The notes: generated from the letters alone by a model not told the origin. DNA of 63,019 nt from a virus (IMGVR_UViG_3300012855_000002:1-63019), one strand, 5' to 3'. Counted from the stretch's first letter, positions 51,681-61,499 are shown. Translations and numbers: made by a program.

Positions 51681-54600
51681 ATGGCAAATCTCTTCATCTT
51701 CATCCCGAAATCTGCGCCTTACGAGGACACCGGGGTCGATCCGGCAGAGGTCTACGAGGATGGCCAGATCCACCGCTTCGACAGCACCGACTCTGTTGAG
51801 CTGGCTGCCGCGAACCGGATCATTGCGGACGGTGCGGGCTTCGACGTGTCCGAGCTGGTTTCCGCCCTGATCCAGATCAGCTGGAACAACATCACGGGCA
51901 AGCCGTCCACGTTCACGCCGAGCGCACATACCCATGCCGCTGCTGACATCGTGTCCGGCATTCTCGATACCGCGCGCATTCCGGGCCTTGATGCTGCCAA
52001 GCTGGTGTCCGGTGTTCTGGATGCCCTGCGTATTCCGGACCTCGACGCCGACAAGATCGCGACGGGCATTCTCGATACCGGTCGCATTCCCGATCTGGAC
52101 GCCGCGAAGATTGTGTCCGGTGTGCTCGACCTGGCCCAAATCCCGGACCTCCCGGCCAGCAAGATCACTGAAGGCGAGTTCGAAGACGAGCGTATTTCGG
52201 AAAGCTCGGTTACTAGGCATCAGGAGGCTTTGACCGTCACCCTGTCACAGGTCTCCGATGCTGGCGACATGGCGGGCAAAGACACGGTTGCCACGGCCGA
52301 CATCGACGCGAACGCGGTGACGGAGGACAAGCTGTCCGCGTCCGTTGCGGAGAAGCTGAACCGGTCGGCGAAGAACAACTTCTCCGCCACCGCAGACCCG
52401 GATGCCGATAACGACAGCACCGAGGGGTACTCGGAGGGCTCGCGCTGGCTGAACACGACCACGGACGAAAGCTATGTCTGCGTGGATCCGGCAGAAGGCG
52501 CCGCGATCTGGCTGAACACGTCACTGACCGCTGACGATCTGGGCTCGCTGGCATTCCAGGAGGCCAGCAACGTCACGATCACGGGCGGGACGATCTCGGT
52601 CACGTCTGCCACCATTGGCGGCGTCACGATCAGCGGCGGCAATGTGGACGGGCGCGATGTGTCGGCCGATGGGTCGAAGCTCGACGGCATCGAGAGCGGC
52701 GCCACAGCCGACCAGACCGGCGCGGAGATCAAGGCGGCCTATGAGGGCGAGGCCGATACCAACGCTTTCACGGACGACGAGAAGTCCAAGCTCGCGGCTA
52801 TCGAGGCGGAAGCGACGAAGAACGCCACGGACGCCCAGCTGCGCGACCGGTCCACGCATACCGGTACCCAGGCCATCTCGACCGTCGCCGGGCTTCAGGA
52901 CGCGCTGGACGACAAGGTGGAGTTGGCGGACCTGCCGTTCGCATCGATCGCGGAATACACCTCGACGGACACCTCAACCGATCTGGCAGATGCATCCGGC
53001 GCCGTGATCCAATGGGACACTGCCCGGCAGACCGATAGCGCTGTCATCATCGGCGGCACGAACGACACCGAAATCAGCTTCGGCGAGAACGGCAAATACC
53101 GGATCGCTGTCCGTCTCGCCTACGAGGACACCAGCGCCGAAGACACGGACGTGAACAATTCGGTCGGCCTGTTCTTCAAGCTGAACGGCACCGGGACCGG
53201 CGGCCAGGGCATCGGTTCGACCGTTATCAATACCGCCGGCGCGAATGAAGGTCAGGTCTGGTTCGAGCAGGTCATCTCGATCTCGGACTACGAGAACCAA
53301 GTCGTCACGGTCTGTACGCAACGACTCTCCGGCGCCGACGAGCTGTATCTGCGCTCCGGTGAAAGCACGCTGATCGTCGAGAAGGTCGGCGGCAAGTCGG
53401 CCCTGCTGGCCGCGCAGTCGATCTCGGATATCGACGGGCTGCAGGATGAGCTGGATACCAAGGCGGATGCTGACACGGTCTACACGCAGGCGCAGGTGGA
53501 TGCGCTGCTGGCCGACAAGCTGGATGCTGACGCAGGTCCTCTGACGTATCAGGGCGCGTGGAACGCCTCGACGAACACACCGACCATTCCGGCCGCTGAC
53601 CCTGCGAACAAAGGGCATGTCTATGTCGTCTCGGTCGCGGGCTCGAGCGATATCGACGGAGAGACGGACTGGAAGGTCAAGGACTGGATCGTCTCGAACG
53701 GCACCGCCTGGTCCAAGGTCGATAACACCGAGCCTGACGTTGATGCAGCCATTGATGCGCGTATCGGCACCGAGGAGGGCGATCTGGCGGCCCTGGGCGA
53801 GGGTGGAAAGTTCTCCGCATCTCTGCTGCCGGACGGCTTCGGCGGCGGCCTGCAGGGCGAGCACGTCACCGGCAGCGGCAACCTGACGGCGGATACGTCC
53901 ACAACGGTGGATGCGCAAGGCGCGCTGGCCGTCCGGGCGCTGCCGTCTCTTTCGGCGGGGGACGGCTTCATCGTCCACGCCTATAACGGCTTCGTCGAGA
54001 TCGATCTGGGATCCGGCGTCACGGCGTCGGGTTTCGATCAGGGCGGCAACCCGCTGATCAAGCCGAATGAGACCGTCTTCCTGCAGGCGATTTCATCCAC
54101 GCATCTGGTGCGGATGTTCCAGCTGGGCTCGTTCGGCTCGGTCGGTCTTCTGGAGATTGAGGCAGTCGCGTCGGTTGGCGATGTCGATACGGTCCTGGCC
54201 GGATACGTGCAGACCGTGGACGTGGCGGCGGCCTCGTCGGTCACACTGACGGATGCACCCCTGTCGGGATATCTGCAATCGGTTGATATCGCGGCGGTGG
54301 CGGCGTTCGGCGACGTGACCGTGCTGCAGGCTGGATATCGCCAGTCCGCCGAAATCTCTGCCGTGGCGGAAATCCCCGAAGCAGAGGCCGTGCTGGCTGG
54401 ATATCGCCAGGCCGCCGCTGTGTCGGCCGTGGCTGAAGCGGGCGCGACGCAGAAGGCGAATTACAGGCAGTCTGTGTCTGTTACGGCCGTTTCGACAATC
54501 ATCATGGGTGAGCCCCTGTGGCCGGAGGTTGGCGCATTCCTGTCGGCCAAGACCGGCACCTATTCGGACGCCAAGATCGGGGTGCTCAACGCTTACATTT

Positions 54601-55289
54601 CAAACCTCAAGTCCGGCCTGACGAACGGGACGAACACCTGGGGCGGGCATGATGTCCTGTCTCTCCTGTTCCTCGATAACGCGACGGACGCGCTGCGTTG
54701 GATCAACGACCCGGCCACACTAATGACAGCGGTGAATTCACCGACGCATACGCCGGGCGAGGGGTACACCGGGAATGGCTCGTCAAGCTACATCAACTCG
54801 AATTTCAACCCGTCGACTGACGGCGTTCAGTACACACAGAATAGCGCCTCGATGGGGGTTTGGGTTCGCGCGGTCGGGAGCAGCGGCCTGGGGTATTATG
54901 CGGGGCTCGCTGTTGGGCCAGATACTACTGCGATCGCGCGATCAACAGACGGCAATGCCTGGGTAGCTTTCGGTCCATCTGGCGGCCCAAATAACAACGA
55001 AACAACGCTGTCTCAGTCGGCTTCTGGTCTGCTTGGCATCAACCGGTCTGGCGCCGCAGCCATCGAATGTTACGTAGCGGGTGTTTTGGACGGGACGGAC
55101 ACAGACTCATCCAGCGCTCCCGCGAATGCGGACATCTACATATTGGCCCGCAACGATAGCGGGACGCCTTTCGCGCACAGCGACGGTCAAGCCTCCATCT
55201 TCCGTGCTGGCCGTTCTTTCACGGCCGCAGAATGGGCAGACATCCACGCTGCGGACAATGCCCTGCTGACCGCTTGGGCCGCGGCCTGA
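51681..55289 (+). CDS. Tail fibre / receptor-binding protein
   Basis: 1202 aa; W..ITGKP.TF.PS.HTH, 18-aa repeats, KLDGIE.GA, HTGTQ..ST..GLQ.ALD, YQG.WNA.TNTP modules; beta-rich C-terminal domain. Confidence 0.85.
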   Translation: MANLFIFIPKSAPYEDTGVDPAEVYEDGQIHRFDSTDSVELAAANRIIADGAGFDVSELVSALIQISWNNITGKPSTFTPSAHTHAAADIVSGILDTARIPGLDAAKLVSGVLDALRIPDLDADKIATGILDTGRIPDLDAAKIVSGVLDLAQIPDLPASKITEGEFEDERISESSVTRHQEALTVTLSQVSDAGDMAGKDTVATADIDANAVTEDKLSASVAEKLNRSAKNNFSATADPDADNDSTEGYSEGSRWLNTTTDESYVCVDPAEGAAIWLNTSLTADDLGSLAFQEASNVTITGGTISVTSATIGGVTISGGNVDGRDVSADGSKLDGIESGATADQTGAEIKAAYEGEADTNAFTDDEKSKLAAIEAEATKNATDAQLRDRSTHTGTQAISTVAGLQDALDDKVELADLPFASIAEYTSTDTSTDLADASGAVIQWDTARQTDSAVIIGGTNDTEISFGENGKYRIAVRLAYEDTSAEDTDVNNSVGLFFKLNGTGTGGQGIGSTVINTAGANEGQVWFEQVISISDYENQVVTVCTQRLSGADELYLRSGESTLIVEKVGGKSALLAAQSISDIDGLQDELDTKADADTVYTQAQVDALLADKLDADAGPLTYQGAWNASTNTPTIPAADPANKGHVYVVSVAGSSDIDGETDWKVKDWIVSNGTAWSKVDNTEPDVDAAIDARIGTEEGDLAALGEGGKFSASLLPDGFGGGLQGEHVTGSGNLTADTSTTVDAQGALAVRALPSLSAGDGFIVHAYNGFVEIDLGSGVTASGFDQGGNPLIKPNETVFLQAISSTHLVRMFQLGSFGSVGLLEIEAVASVGDVDTVLAGYVQTVDVAAASSVTLTDAPLSGYLQSVDIAAVAAFGDVTVLQAGYRQSAEISAVAEIPEAEAVLAGYRQAAAVSAVAEAGATQKANYRQSVSVTAVSTIIMGEPLWPEVGAFLSAKTGTYSDAKIGVLNAYISNLKSGLTNGTNTWGGHDVLSLLFLDNATDALRWINDPATLMTAVNSPTHTPGEGYTGNGSSSYINSNFNPSTDGVQYTQNSASMGVWVRAVGSSGLGYYAGLAVGPDTTAIARSTDGNAWVAFGPSGGPNNNETTLSQSASGLLGINRSGAAAIECYVAGVLDGTDTDSSSAPANADIYILARNDSGTPFAHSDGQASIFRAGRSFTAAEWADIHAADNALLTAWAAA
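51948..52197 (+). repeat. About five 54-bp coding repeats in the tail fibre
   Basis: (I/L)VSG(I/V)LD..RIP(G/D)LDA.K unit repeated. Confidence 0.8.
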
Positions 55290-55317
55290 TGCCATTCCTC
55301 TCCACACGAGCGATCCA

Positions 55318-55539
55318 ATGAAACACTTCATCCTGAATGAAGCGCAGGCCGATGCCGTGCGCGGCGAAACCACAGCGGGCGCAGCCCTCGATCCACGGCC
55401 CCTTGCCAATGGGACGGAATGGGCTCTGCCCCTGTCGGTCGCCACCGACCCGGCGCACGCGATGCGTCACGCCTTTCTCGGATCGCTCCCGATCCGCGAT
55501 CTCGGCCCGGCCGACTGGCCCGCCGATCCCGAAGCTTAA
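55318..55539 (+). CDS. Small fibre-associated protein
   Basis: 73 aa after the fibre gene. Confidence 0.6.
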   Translation: MKHFILNEAQADAVRGETTAGAALDPRPLANGTEWALPLSVATDPAHAMRHAFLGSLPIRDLGPADWPADPEA

Positions 55540-55568
55540 CCCAACCACCCAGAACAGGAGATACCACC

Positions 55569-55943
55569 ATGGGTGTACTCACGACTGCGGGCAAGAATGC
55601 CCTTCTCGACCTCATCGGCGCGCAAGGCTGGTATGCTGAACCTTTCAACGGCGATCCCAGTGGCGCCGGAACCGCTCTGGGTGCCCAGACCGACGAAGGC
55701 CGTCAGGCTATCGACGGCTTTGCTTCCGCTGCCTCTGGCGAGGTCGCGACCAATGAGGCGTTTACGTGGACTGCCGCCCCGTCCGGCTCGAACATCACCA
55801 TCGATTATATCGCCTTCTATGATGCCGCGACCGATGGCAATCTGGTCGGCTATGGCTCGGTCTCCTCGCGCACGCTGGAGGCTGACGAAACCGTGACCTA
55901 TCCGTCCGGCGCGATCACCTTCACGCTGACGGACCCGGCGTAA
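55569..55943 (+). CDS. Small tail/fibre-associated structural protein
   Basis: AGGAG SD; YDAAT.GNL...G, .P.GAIT.T motif. Confidence 0.68.
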   Translation: MGVLTTAGKNALLDLIGAQGWYAEPFNGDPSGAGTALGAQTDEGRQAIDGFASAASGEVATNEAFTWTAAPSGSNITIDYIAFYDAATDGNLVGYGSVSSRTLEADETVTYPSGAITFTLTDPA

Positions 55944-55980
55944 TCTGATCGCCCCACCGAACGCCGTTCGCCGATCCCGA

Positions 55981-56002
55981 CCCGCCGATGGCGGGCTTTT
56001 TT
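55981..56002 (+). terminator. Intrinsic terminator after the tail genes
   Basis: CCCGCC-GAT-GGCGGG-CTTTTTT. Confidence 0.7.
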
Positions 56003-56022
56003 GTGCCTGAAAGGACAATCTC

Positions 56023-56286
56023 ATGATCTCCATTGAAGATGCGAAAGCGGTGCAGGCCGCATTCCAGGATATCGAAACGGGCGCGGCGGCTCTTCGCCGG
56101 ACCTGCCGGACGATGTGCGAAGAGCATGGCGTTCCGAAGCGGCAGGCCAAGGTTCTGGACCGGGCCCTGGGCGAGGTCCTGGACGCCATGAACGACGCCC
56201 ATGTTCTGACCGAGCTGATCGGCGGAAGCGTCGGCGTCGAGGGCGGGATGCAGACGCTTTCCGGCGGTTCGAAGACCGATCCGTAG
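56023..56286 (+). CDS. Hypothetical protein
   Basis: AAAGGA SD; 87 aa. Confidence 0.6.
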   Translation: MISIEDAKAVQAAFQDIETGAAALRRTCRTMCEEHGVPKRQAKVLDRALGEVLDAMNDAHVLTELIGGSVGVEGGMQTLSGGSKTDP

Positions 56287-56294
56287 GAGCGATC

Positions 56295-56810
56295 ATGCCT
56301 GATGTATTCGCCTTTGCGCTGCTGGGCTGGTTTTTGATCTGCGCAGCCTCTGTCCGGGCGCGACTTATGCGGCTTGAGACAATGATCGTCCTCATCGCCG
56401 GGTGGCTGGCCAGCGTGGTCGGCCAACAGGCCTCGGGCGATATCGTGCCGCTTCAAGTCTTCGTGTGTGTGGATGTCGGCATCGTGGTCTGGCTGGTCTC
56501 TCTTTTCGGCCAGCGCCGCGTCGGCATGACCTGGGCGAAGATTGCCGTCATCTGCCATGGCTTGATGCTGATCGGTCACGCGATCCAGCACTACTCCGGG
56601 TGGCCGTCTCCTAGCGTCTACGTCACCTATCTAAACGCGCTGGGCTACATCTCGGCCGGCGCGGTGGCGGGCGGTCCAATGACAGCCCAATTCCGGCGCT
56701 GGTGGGAGGCCCGTCTCGATGCTTGGTATCACACTGCTCTTAGGCGCCAGCATCGGCGTGATGGCGATCTGCATCGTGCTGCGGACCAAGACGGCGGCGC
56801 GGAACCATGA
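56295..56810 (+). CDS. Multi-pass membrane protein
   Basis: AGGAG SD; 4-5 hydrophobic segments. Confidence 0.65.
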   Translation: MPDVFAFALLGWFLICAASVRARLMRLETMIVLIAGWLASVVGQQASGDIVPLQVFVCVDVGIVVWLVSLFGQRRVGMTWAKIAVICHGLMLIGHAIQHYSGWPSPSVYVTYLNALGYISAGAVAGGPMTAQFRRWWEARLDAWYHTALRRQHRRDGDLHRAADQDGGAEP

Positions 56811-57079
56811 CGGAGGTCCCGATGATGGACGAGGCCATGCGCGCGATGCAGAACCGGATCAACGCGATGGAAGTGACTAATGCCGTCCGCGCCGAACGCG
56901 ACCGGCACATGGACGCGGCCCTTGACGATATCAAGCAGGCCCTTCGCGATCTGACCGCGGAAGTCCGGCTTCTGAAGGAAACGAAGGACAAGACCTCCGG
57001 GTCATTCCGCGTCGTCGTATTCGTCTCATCGATTGTCCTGGCCGGCATAACCTCTGCCGCGGTCGCGTTCATCAAATAG
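56807..57079 (+). CDS. Coiled-coil protein with C-terminal TM helix (holin/antiholin candidate)
   Basis: Heptad N-terminus, VVVFVSSIVLAGITSAAVAF C-terminus; upstream of the endolysin. Confidence 0.55.
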   Translation: MTEVPMMDEAMRAMQNRINAMEVTNAVRAERDRHMDAALDDIKQALRDLTAEVRLLKETKDKTSGSFRVVVFVSSIVLAGITSAAVAFIK

Positions 57080-57145
57080 CGCGGTCCCGCATCGCAATCA
57101 GCTCGAACACGCCGCCCTTGAGGCGGCTTTTTCATGGAGAAAGCT

Positions 57146-58084
57146 ATGTCTGTTCTGAAACGCTTCCTGACCGGCGCGCTGACCTGGAATGCTGTCACGA
57201 TCGCGCTGGCCTGTCTGGCGCTGGTGGCGGGGGGAACCTTCGCCTTCCTTGGCGGCGGGTTCCTGCTGAAGGGCGCAACCTATCTGGGCGCCGTGGTGGC
57301 GGTGATGCTGGGCCTTCGTCTGGTGACTGTTATCCGAGGCTTGAACGCGGAAGGCGACGAGGGCCTTGCCATCATCAAGACCGACCCGGTGGCGCTGGCC
57401 ATTCTGCGCGGCGCCTTCGTGATCGGCGCCTTCCTCCTCGCAGGTCAGGCATTCGGTCAACCGCCATCCCCGGCCGCATGGCCCGATACGGCGGCACCAG
57501 AGGCCGTGGAGAGCGTTTCTGTTGGTTTCCGGGCACCGGATGCCTGGCCCGCGCGTTTCGCCGCCTGTGAGCCCTACCGGGTCGATATCGATGATGCGGT
57601 GCAGACCTATTGGGGTGCATGGCAATATCCCGACGCTTGGGCCGCACAGCTCTATCAGGAATCTCTGTGCAATCCCTCGGCAATCTCGCCGGTCGGCGCG
57701 GCCGGGCTGGCGCAGTTCATGCCGGCGACGTGGCGCGAGGCGCAGGCGCACTTCGGCATTCGCGCGAGCCCGCATGACGATATCGCGATCGAGGCGGGCG
57801 CCTGGTACATGGCGCGGCAAATGGCGGTGTGGCGCTCGCCGCGCCCGCAGATCCGCCGCTGGGAGCTGGCGCTCGCCTCCTACAATGCCGGCGCGGGCAA
57901 CATCATCCGGGCGCAGGGTGAGTGCGACGGCGCGCGGGACTGGGACGATATCCTGCCCTGTCTGCCGGACGTGACGGGCCACCATGCGCGGGAAACCACG
58001 CAATATGTCGTCCGCATCCGTCACCACTGGCAGGCGATGGCGGGCGGCAACCCGCTGGCGCTGCCGCCGGAGTTGCGGTCGTGA
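57146..58084 (+). CDS. SLT lytic transglycosylase endolysin with an N-terminal three-TM holin-like domain
   Basis: AQLYQES...P.A.S.VGA.GL.QFMP.TW, ALASYNAG.G, ET..YV; three hydrophobic helices in the first ~105 aa. Confidence 0.85.
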   Translation: MSVLKRFLTGALTWNAVTIALACLALVAGGTFAFLGGGFLLKGATYLGAVVAVMLGLRLVTVIRGLNAEGDEGLAIIKTDPVALAILRGAFVIGAFLLAGQAFGQPPSPAAWPDTAAPEAVESVSVGFRAPDAWPARFAACEPYRVDIDDAVQTYWGAWQYPDAWAAQLYQESLCNPSAISPVGAAGLAQFMPATWREAQAHFGIRASPHDDIAIEAGAWYMARQMAVWRSPRPQIRRWELALASYNAGAGNIIRAQGECDGARDWDDILPCLPDVTGHHARETTQYVVRIRHHWQAMAGGNPLALPPELRS

Positions 58085-58494
58085 TAGGCCGACTCTCCAC
58101 CACGATCCGCGCCGGGCTGATCGGCGCCGGCATCATGGGCGCTTTCACGGCTGGGGCGGTGCCGGGCGCCTATTTTCTTGGTCGAGCCCACAAGTCGGCG
58201 GCCATCGCTCGCGCCGATGCGAACCAGATGCGCGAAGCCTTCCGCGAAGAGACGGAGCGCCTGGCCGGCGTAGCCACGACCGCGGAAACCAGGCTTGACG
58301 AAGATCGCGTCTGGCGCAGTCAGCATGTCGCAGACTTTCTCGCCGATGCACGACAACTGGCTGCCGACGCGGCCGCAGCCCGGAGGGCCTTCCATGAAAG
58401 CCAGGATCGCAGCTGCCCTGCTGCTGACGACGATGTGCGCGTGTTCAACCAGGCCTTCGGGCTCACCGCCGAACCTGGACCCGCAAATCCGTGA
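58081..58494 (+). CDS. i-spanin (Rz-like)
   Basis: GTGA overlap with the endolysin; N-terminal TM then helical domain. Confidence 0.65.
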   Translation: MIGRLSTTIRAGLIGAGIMGAFTAGAVPGAYFLGRAHKSAAIARADANQMREAFREETERLAGVATTAETRLDEDRVWRSQHVADFLADARQLAADAAAARRAFHESQDRSCPAADDDVRVFNQAFGLTAEPGPANP

Positions 58495-58702
58495 GGTCGA
58501 GCGTATCGTCCGTGAGCAGGTCGAGACGCCACCGCAGACCTGTCTGACACCGCCGGAAGATCTGGCACCGGCACTACCCGGCCAAGATTGGCGTCAGATC
58601 GCGCTTGCCGCCGGTGAGGTTGCGCAGATCAACGCGCAAATCGCCCGGGCATGTCAGGCTCATTGGGCGCGGGTAGAGGCGGCGCGGGTCGACCCCGATT
58701 GA
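58394..58702 (+). CDS. o-spanin lipoprotein (Rz1-like)
   Basis: MKARIAAALLLTTMCAC signal/lipobox; Pro-rich; overlaps the i-spanin 3' end. Confidence 0.7.
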   Translation: MKARIAAALLLTTMCACSTRPSGSPPNLDPQIREVERIVREQVETPPQTCLTPPEDLAPALPGQDWRQIALAAGEVAQINAQIARACQAHWARVEAARVDPD

Positions 58703-58955
58703 CCGCGACCGCATGGGCGGCGGCTCTGGCTGCCGTCCCTGCCGGGTCTTCATAGGCCCACATGCATTCCAAGCTCATGCCAGTCCGGCCGCAGTGCTCG
58801 CACGCCCGGACCTTGGCCTTTACGCGCGCCCTGGCCACCACGGCCGGGCTCGGATGATGGTCTAGCGGATAGACCTCCCGCCAGCTGCAGCTCTCACACT
58901 GCAGCCCGAAAGCGCATATCCGCATTTCCCCTTCGAAATAGCATTTCCCGTACAT
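58629..58955 (-). CDS. Small zinc-ribbon protein
   Basis: CESC...CEHCG; start uncertain. Confidence 0.5.
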   Translation of the reverse strand: MYGKCYFEGEMRICAFGLQCESCSWREVYPLDHHPSPAVVARARVKAKVRACEHCGRTGMSLECMWAYEDPAGTAARAAAHAVAVNRGRPAPPLPAPNEPDMPGRFAR

Positions 58956-59173
58956 CTTGGCGGCCTCCGGTGTCGATCGATCCGGCCGCCCCGCCGGGCT
59001 GGCTGATCTACACGACTGCCGAGACGATCACAATCGCGATCATGGCCGCGATGATTGCCGCAACGGTCCAGGGCCCGGGAAATCGCCCGCCGTTGTAATC
59101 GTCGCTGTGTCGGTCGTATCCGTTCATGTCGGCCACCGTGCGCCACGCGCGTCGCCCGGCGCCGTGATGCCGG

Positions 59174-60287
59174 TCACACCAGCCCGGCGGTCTCCGCCGC
59201 CCGCGCCGCGGCAGCAGCGAGGACAAGCCCGGCTGCAGCCCATCGCCACCGCTCCGGCCGCGGCACCATGCTGGCCGCAACCGGCGCCAGCAGAACGAGC
59301 CCGGCGGCAAGCCAGCGGTCGCGCAACACCGTCGCGCCGGACAGCAGGACGCCGCAGATGATGGCGGCGACGAAACCGGCGGCCACGGCGATGATGACCC
59401 AGCGCGCCCGGCCTATCGCGGGCCGCTTCCACGCCACCGCGACAGCGATCCCCACAATCAGCAAACCGGCCTCGGCGAGCGGGGATGTGAGGCAGTCCAT
59501 CAGCGCGCCGCCCAGGCCGCGGGACGTGTAGAATTCGGCCAGCTGATCGCCGACCGTCTCCGGCGCTGTTGCGAGAATCGCGTACAGCGGGGCACACAGC
59601 GCCGCCATGATGCCGGCAGCCGGAACCATGTGCCGAAGCATTCGCGCCCTCGCAGGGCCAGCGAGAAGCGCCACGGCGGCAAATTCCGCGGCAACCAGCG
59701 GGGCCATGGAATGTTTCGCCGCCAATCCTCCAGCCCAGACCAGGCCCAGCCAGAGCCAGAGGCGGCGCGTCTCACCGTCAATCGCGCGCACGATCAGCCA
59801 GGCCGATACCGCGCCGGCGCACATCATCGCTGCCGTATGGGAGACCTCGCCCATCAGATCGTCGTTCACCGTCGGTAGCAGGAAGGCAAACGCGATCGCG
59901 ATGATGCCGGATCCCGGCCGCAACCGCTCGGATCCCGGCCAGCGCCATAAGCATGCCGCCGACCCAGAGATATTTCAGCGCGTCCAGGGCAAGGACGCTG
60001 TCACCGGTCAGCCGCAGGAGCGCGGTCGATATCCACGCATAGACCGGCATCTGCTCGTCATAGACCCACTGCCAGCGTGCAGAGAATTCCAGCAGCTCGA
60101 GCTGGTCGTTCACAAAGACCGGGTTCAACGCGCGCCCGGCGAGGCCGATAGCGATGATCGCGAGGATGAGAAAAAGTGGGACACGGCCTGATGCAAGCCA
60201 TTGATCGGTCGTGAGGTGTAAATGTGTCCCACCTGCCGATAACCGCTTGAAACAGAAGAAATCACGGAGCCCGCCCCCGGGCACCAT
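59174..60287 (-). pseudogene. Frameshifted GT-C glycosyltransferase (ArnT/RgtA-D-like)
   Basis: 5' frame has DQLE...S..WQW.Y..QMPVY.W; 3' frame has SHT and GLAAK motifs with many TMs; frames switch at ~59931. Confidence 0.65.
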
Positions 60288-60358
60288 CCCCTTATTTTCG
60301 TCTTGCTTATCAGTCATTTGCGCTTCGGTGGGACACCATCACCGGAAAAGTGGGACAC
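60176..60358. other. Candidate attP: tRNA-like core flanked by arm-type repeats and IHF-like sites
   Basis: Core GAGCCCGCCCCCGGGCACCA (60267-60286) resembles a tRNA-Phe 3' end; GTGGGACAC at 60176, 60328, 60350 and inverted at 60224; three near-matches to WATCAAN4TTR; just downstream of int. Confidence 0.75.
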
Positions 60359-60386
60359 TTTGTGCCGTTTCCGTTCCGGACCGGTG

Positions 60387-61499
60387 TCACTTTGCCTTCT
60401 GTTCGGGCGCCGGTAGCGAGAGCATGTTTTCAGCCTCGACCGCCCGGGCCAGTTTCTCCATGCCGTCGCCGGCCATCCGCTTGCGATTGGCGCGGCGGGT
60501 GTAGACCTCGGCCTGCTTCAGCGTCGTGTGTCCGAGGATCGCCATGATCTGGTGAGCCGAGCATCCCAGTTCGGCGAGGATATCACCGAGGCCTTTCCTG
60601 ATCCCGTGGGAACTGACCCCTTCAAGTCCCGCTTCCGCGATGCGCTTGGCCATCCAGTTGCCGAATGACTTGTCCGATTTGAACGGGGTTCCAAACTCGG
60701 TGACCATGTAGGCCATCTGGTTCGAGGGGCAGGCGTCGATCGCTTCGCGCAATGGCTTGATGATCGGCACGTCGACCACGATCGGGTTGCGGTTGCGGCC
60801 TTTGTGCTGGGTGAAATTCAGCCAGGTGCCGCCTTGGCGCTCGTGCTGCGGGCCCATGCGGCGGGCATCGGACAGGCGGGCGCCGGTGAACAGGAAGAGA
60901 CACAGCGCCAGATATGGGCGGGTGCCCGGCGGGTGGCGCCTGACATACTGTGCGACGTGGCCGATGTTCCACGGCGTGTGTCCGGCCGGGTTCCCCTTGC
61001 GATAGCGCACGGCCAGGGCAGGATTGTCGGCGGCGAGCTCGTCCTCGATCGCGGTGGCGAAGATGCACCGCAGCGTCTTGACGACGGCGTTGCCGGCCTC
61101 CGGCCCGTCCGGCGCGTCGCGCCATTTCTTGATGTGGATCGGCCGCAGGTCGCGCACCTTGAAGGCGCCGACCTTCTGGTCGAGGCGGTCCAGCAGGCGC
61201 TTGCGCACGGCCTTGGTCGACGCCTCCAGATCCTTGTAGTCGCTCGAACGCTCATAATGCTGGATGAGATGGCCGATTGTGCCCTGCGCCCTCCGGGGTC
61301 GCGTGGTGGCAGCGGCACCAGAGGCCACGGGGCCGGCGACGGCTGCATCGTATTCGCGCTGAAAGGCTTCGGTGCCCGGCTCTTCGCGCAGGCGGATTTT
61401 CGGCCGGCCCTTGATGCGCACATAGCGGCGCACATTGCCGTGGCGGTCGCGATCCTGCACCAGATATTTGAACTCGATCGATGCCACGGCGCCGCTCAT
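60387..61499 (-). CDS. int: Tyrosine integrase
   Basis: DRHG..R.Y arm domain; TGAR.SD (R), K, HGIRK, GH......VY catalytic residues. Confidence 0.93.
   Translation of the reverse strand: MSGAVASIEFKYLVQDRDRHGNVRRYVRIKGRPKIRLREEPGTEAFQREYDAAVAGPVASGAAATTRPRRAQGTIGHLIQHYERSSDYKDLEASTKAVRKRLLDRLDQKVGAFKVRDLRPIHIKKWRDAPDGPEAGNAVVKTLRCIFATAIEDELAADNPALAVRYRKGNPAGHTPWNIGHVAQYVRRHPPGTRPYLALCLFLFTGARLSDARRMGPQHERQGGTWLNFTQHKGRNRNPIVVDVPIIKPLREAIDACPSNQMAYMVTEFGTPFKSDKSFGNWMAKRIAEAGLEGVSSHGIRKGLGDILAELGCSAHQIMAILGHTTLKQAEVYTRRANRKRMAGDGMEKLARAVEAENMLSLPAPEQKAK

Noticed and set aside
49740-52197. Repeats as a CRISPR array or DGR template/variable repeats
   Set aside because: They are in-frame protein repeats with synonymous variation; no spacers, cas genes or reverse transcriptase in the window
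60267-60286. A tRNA gene at the att site
   Set aside because: Only the last ~20 nt resemble a tRNA; interpreted as the att core
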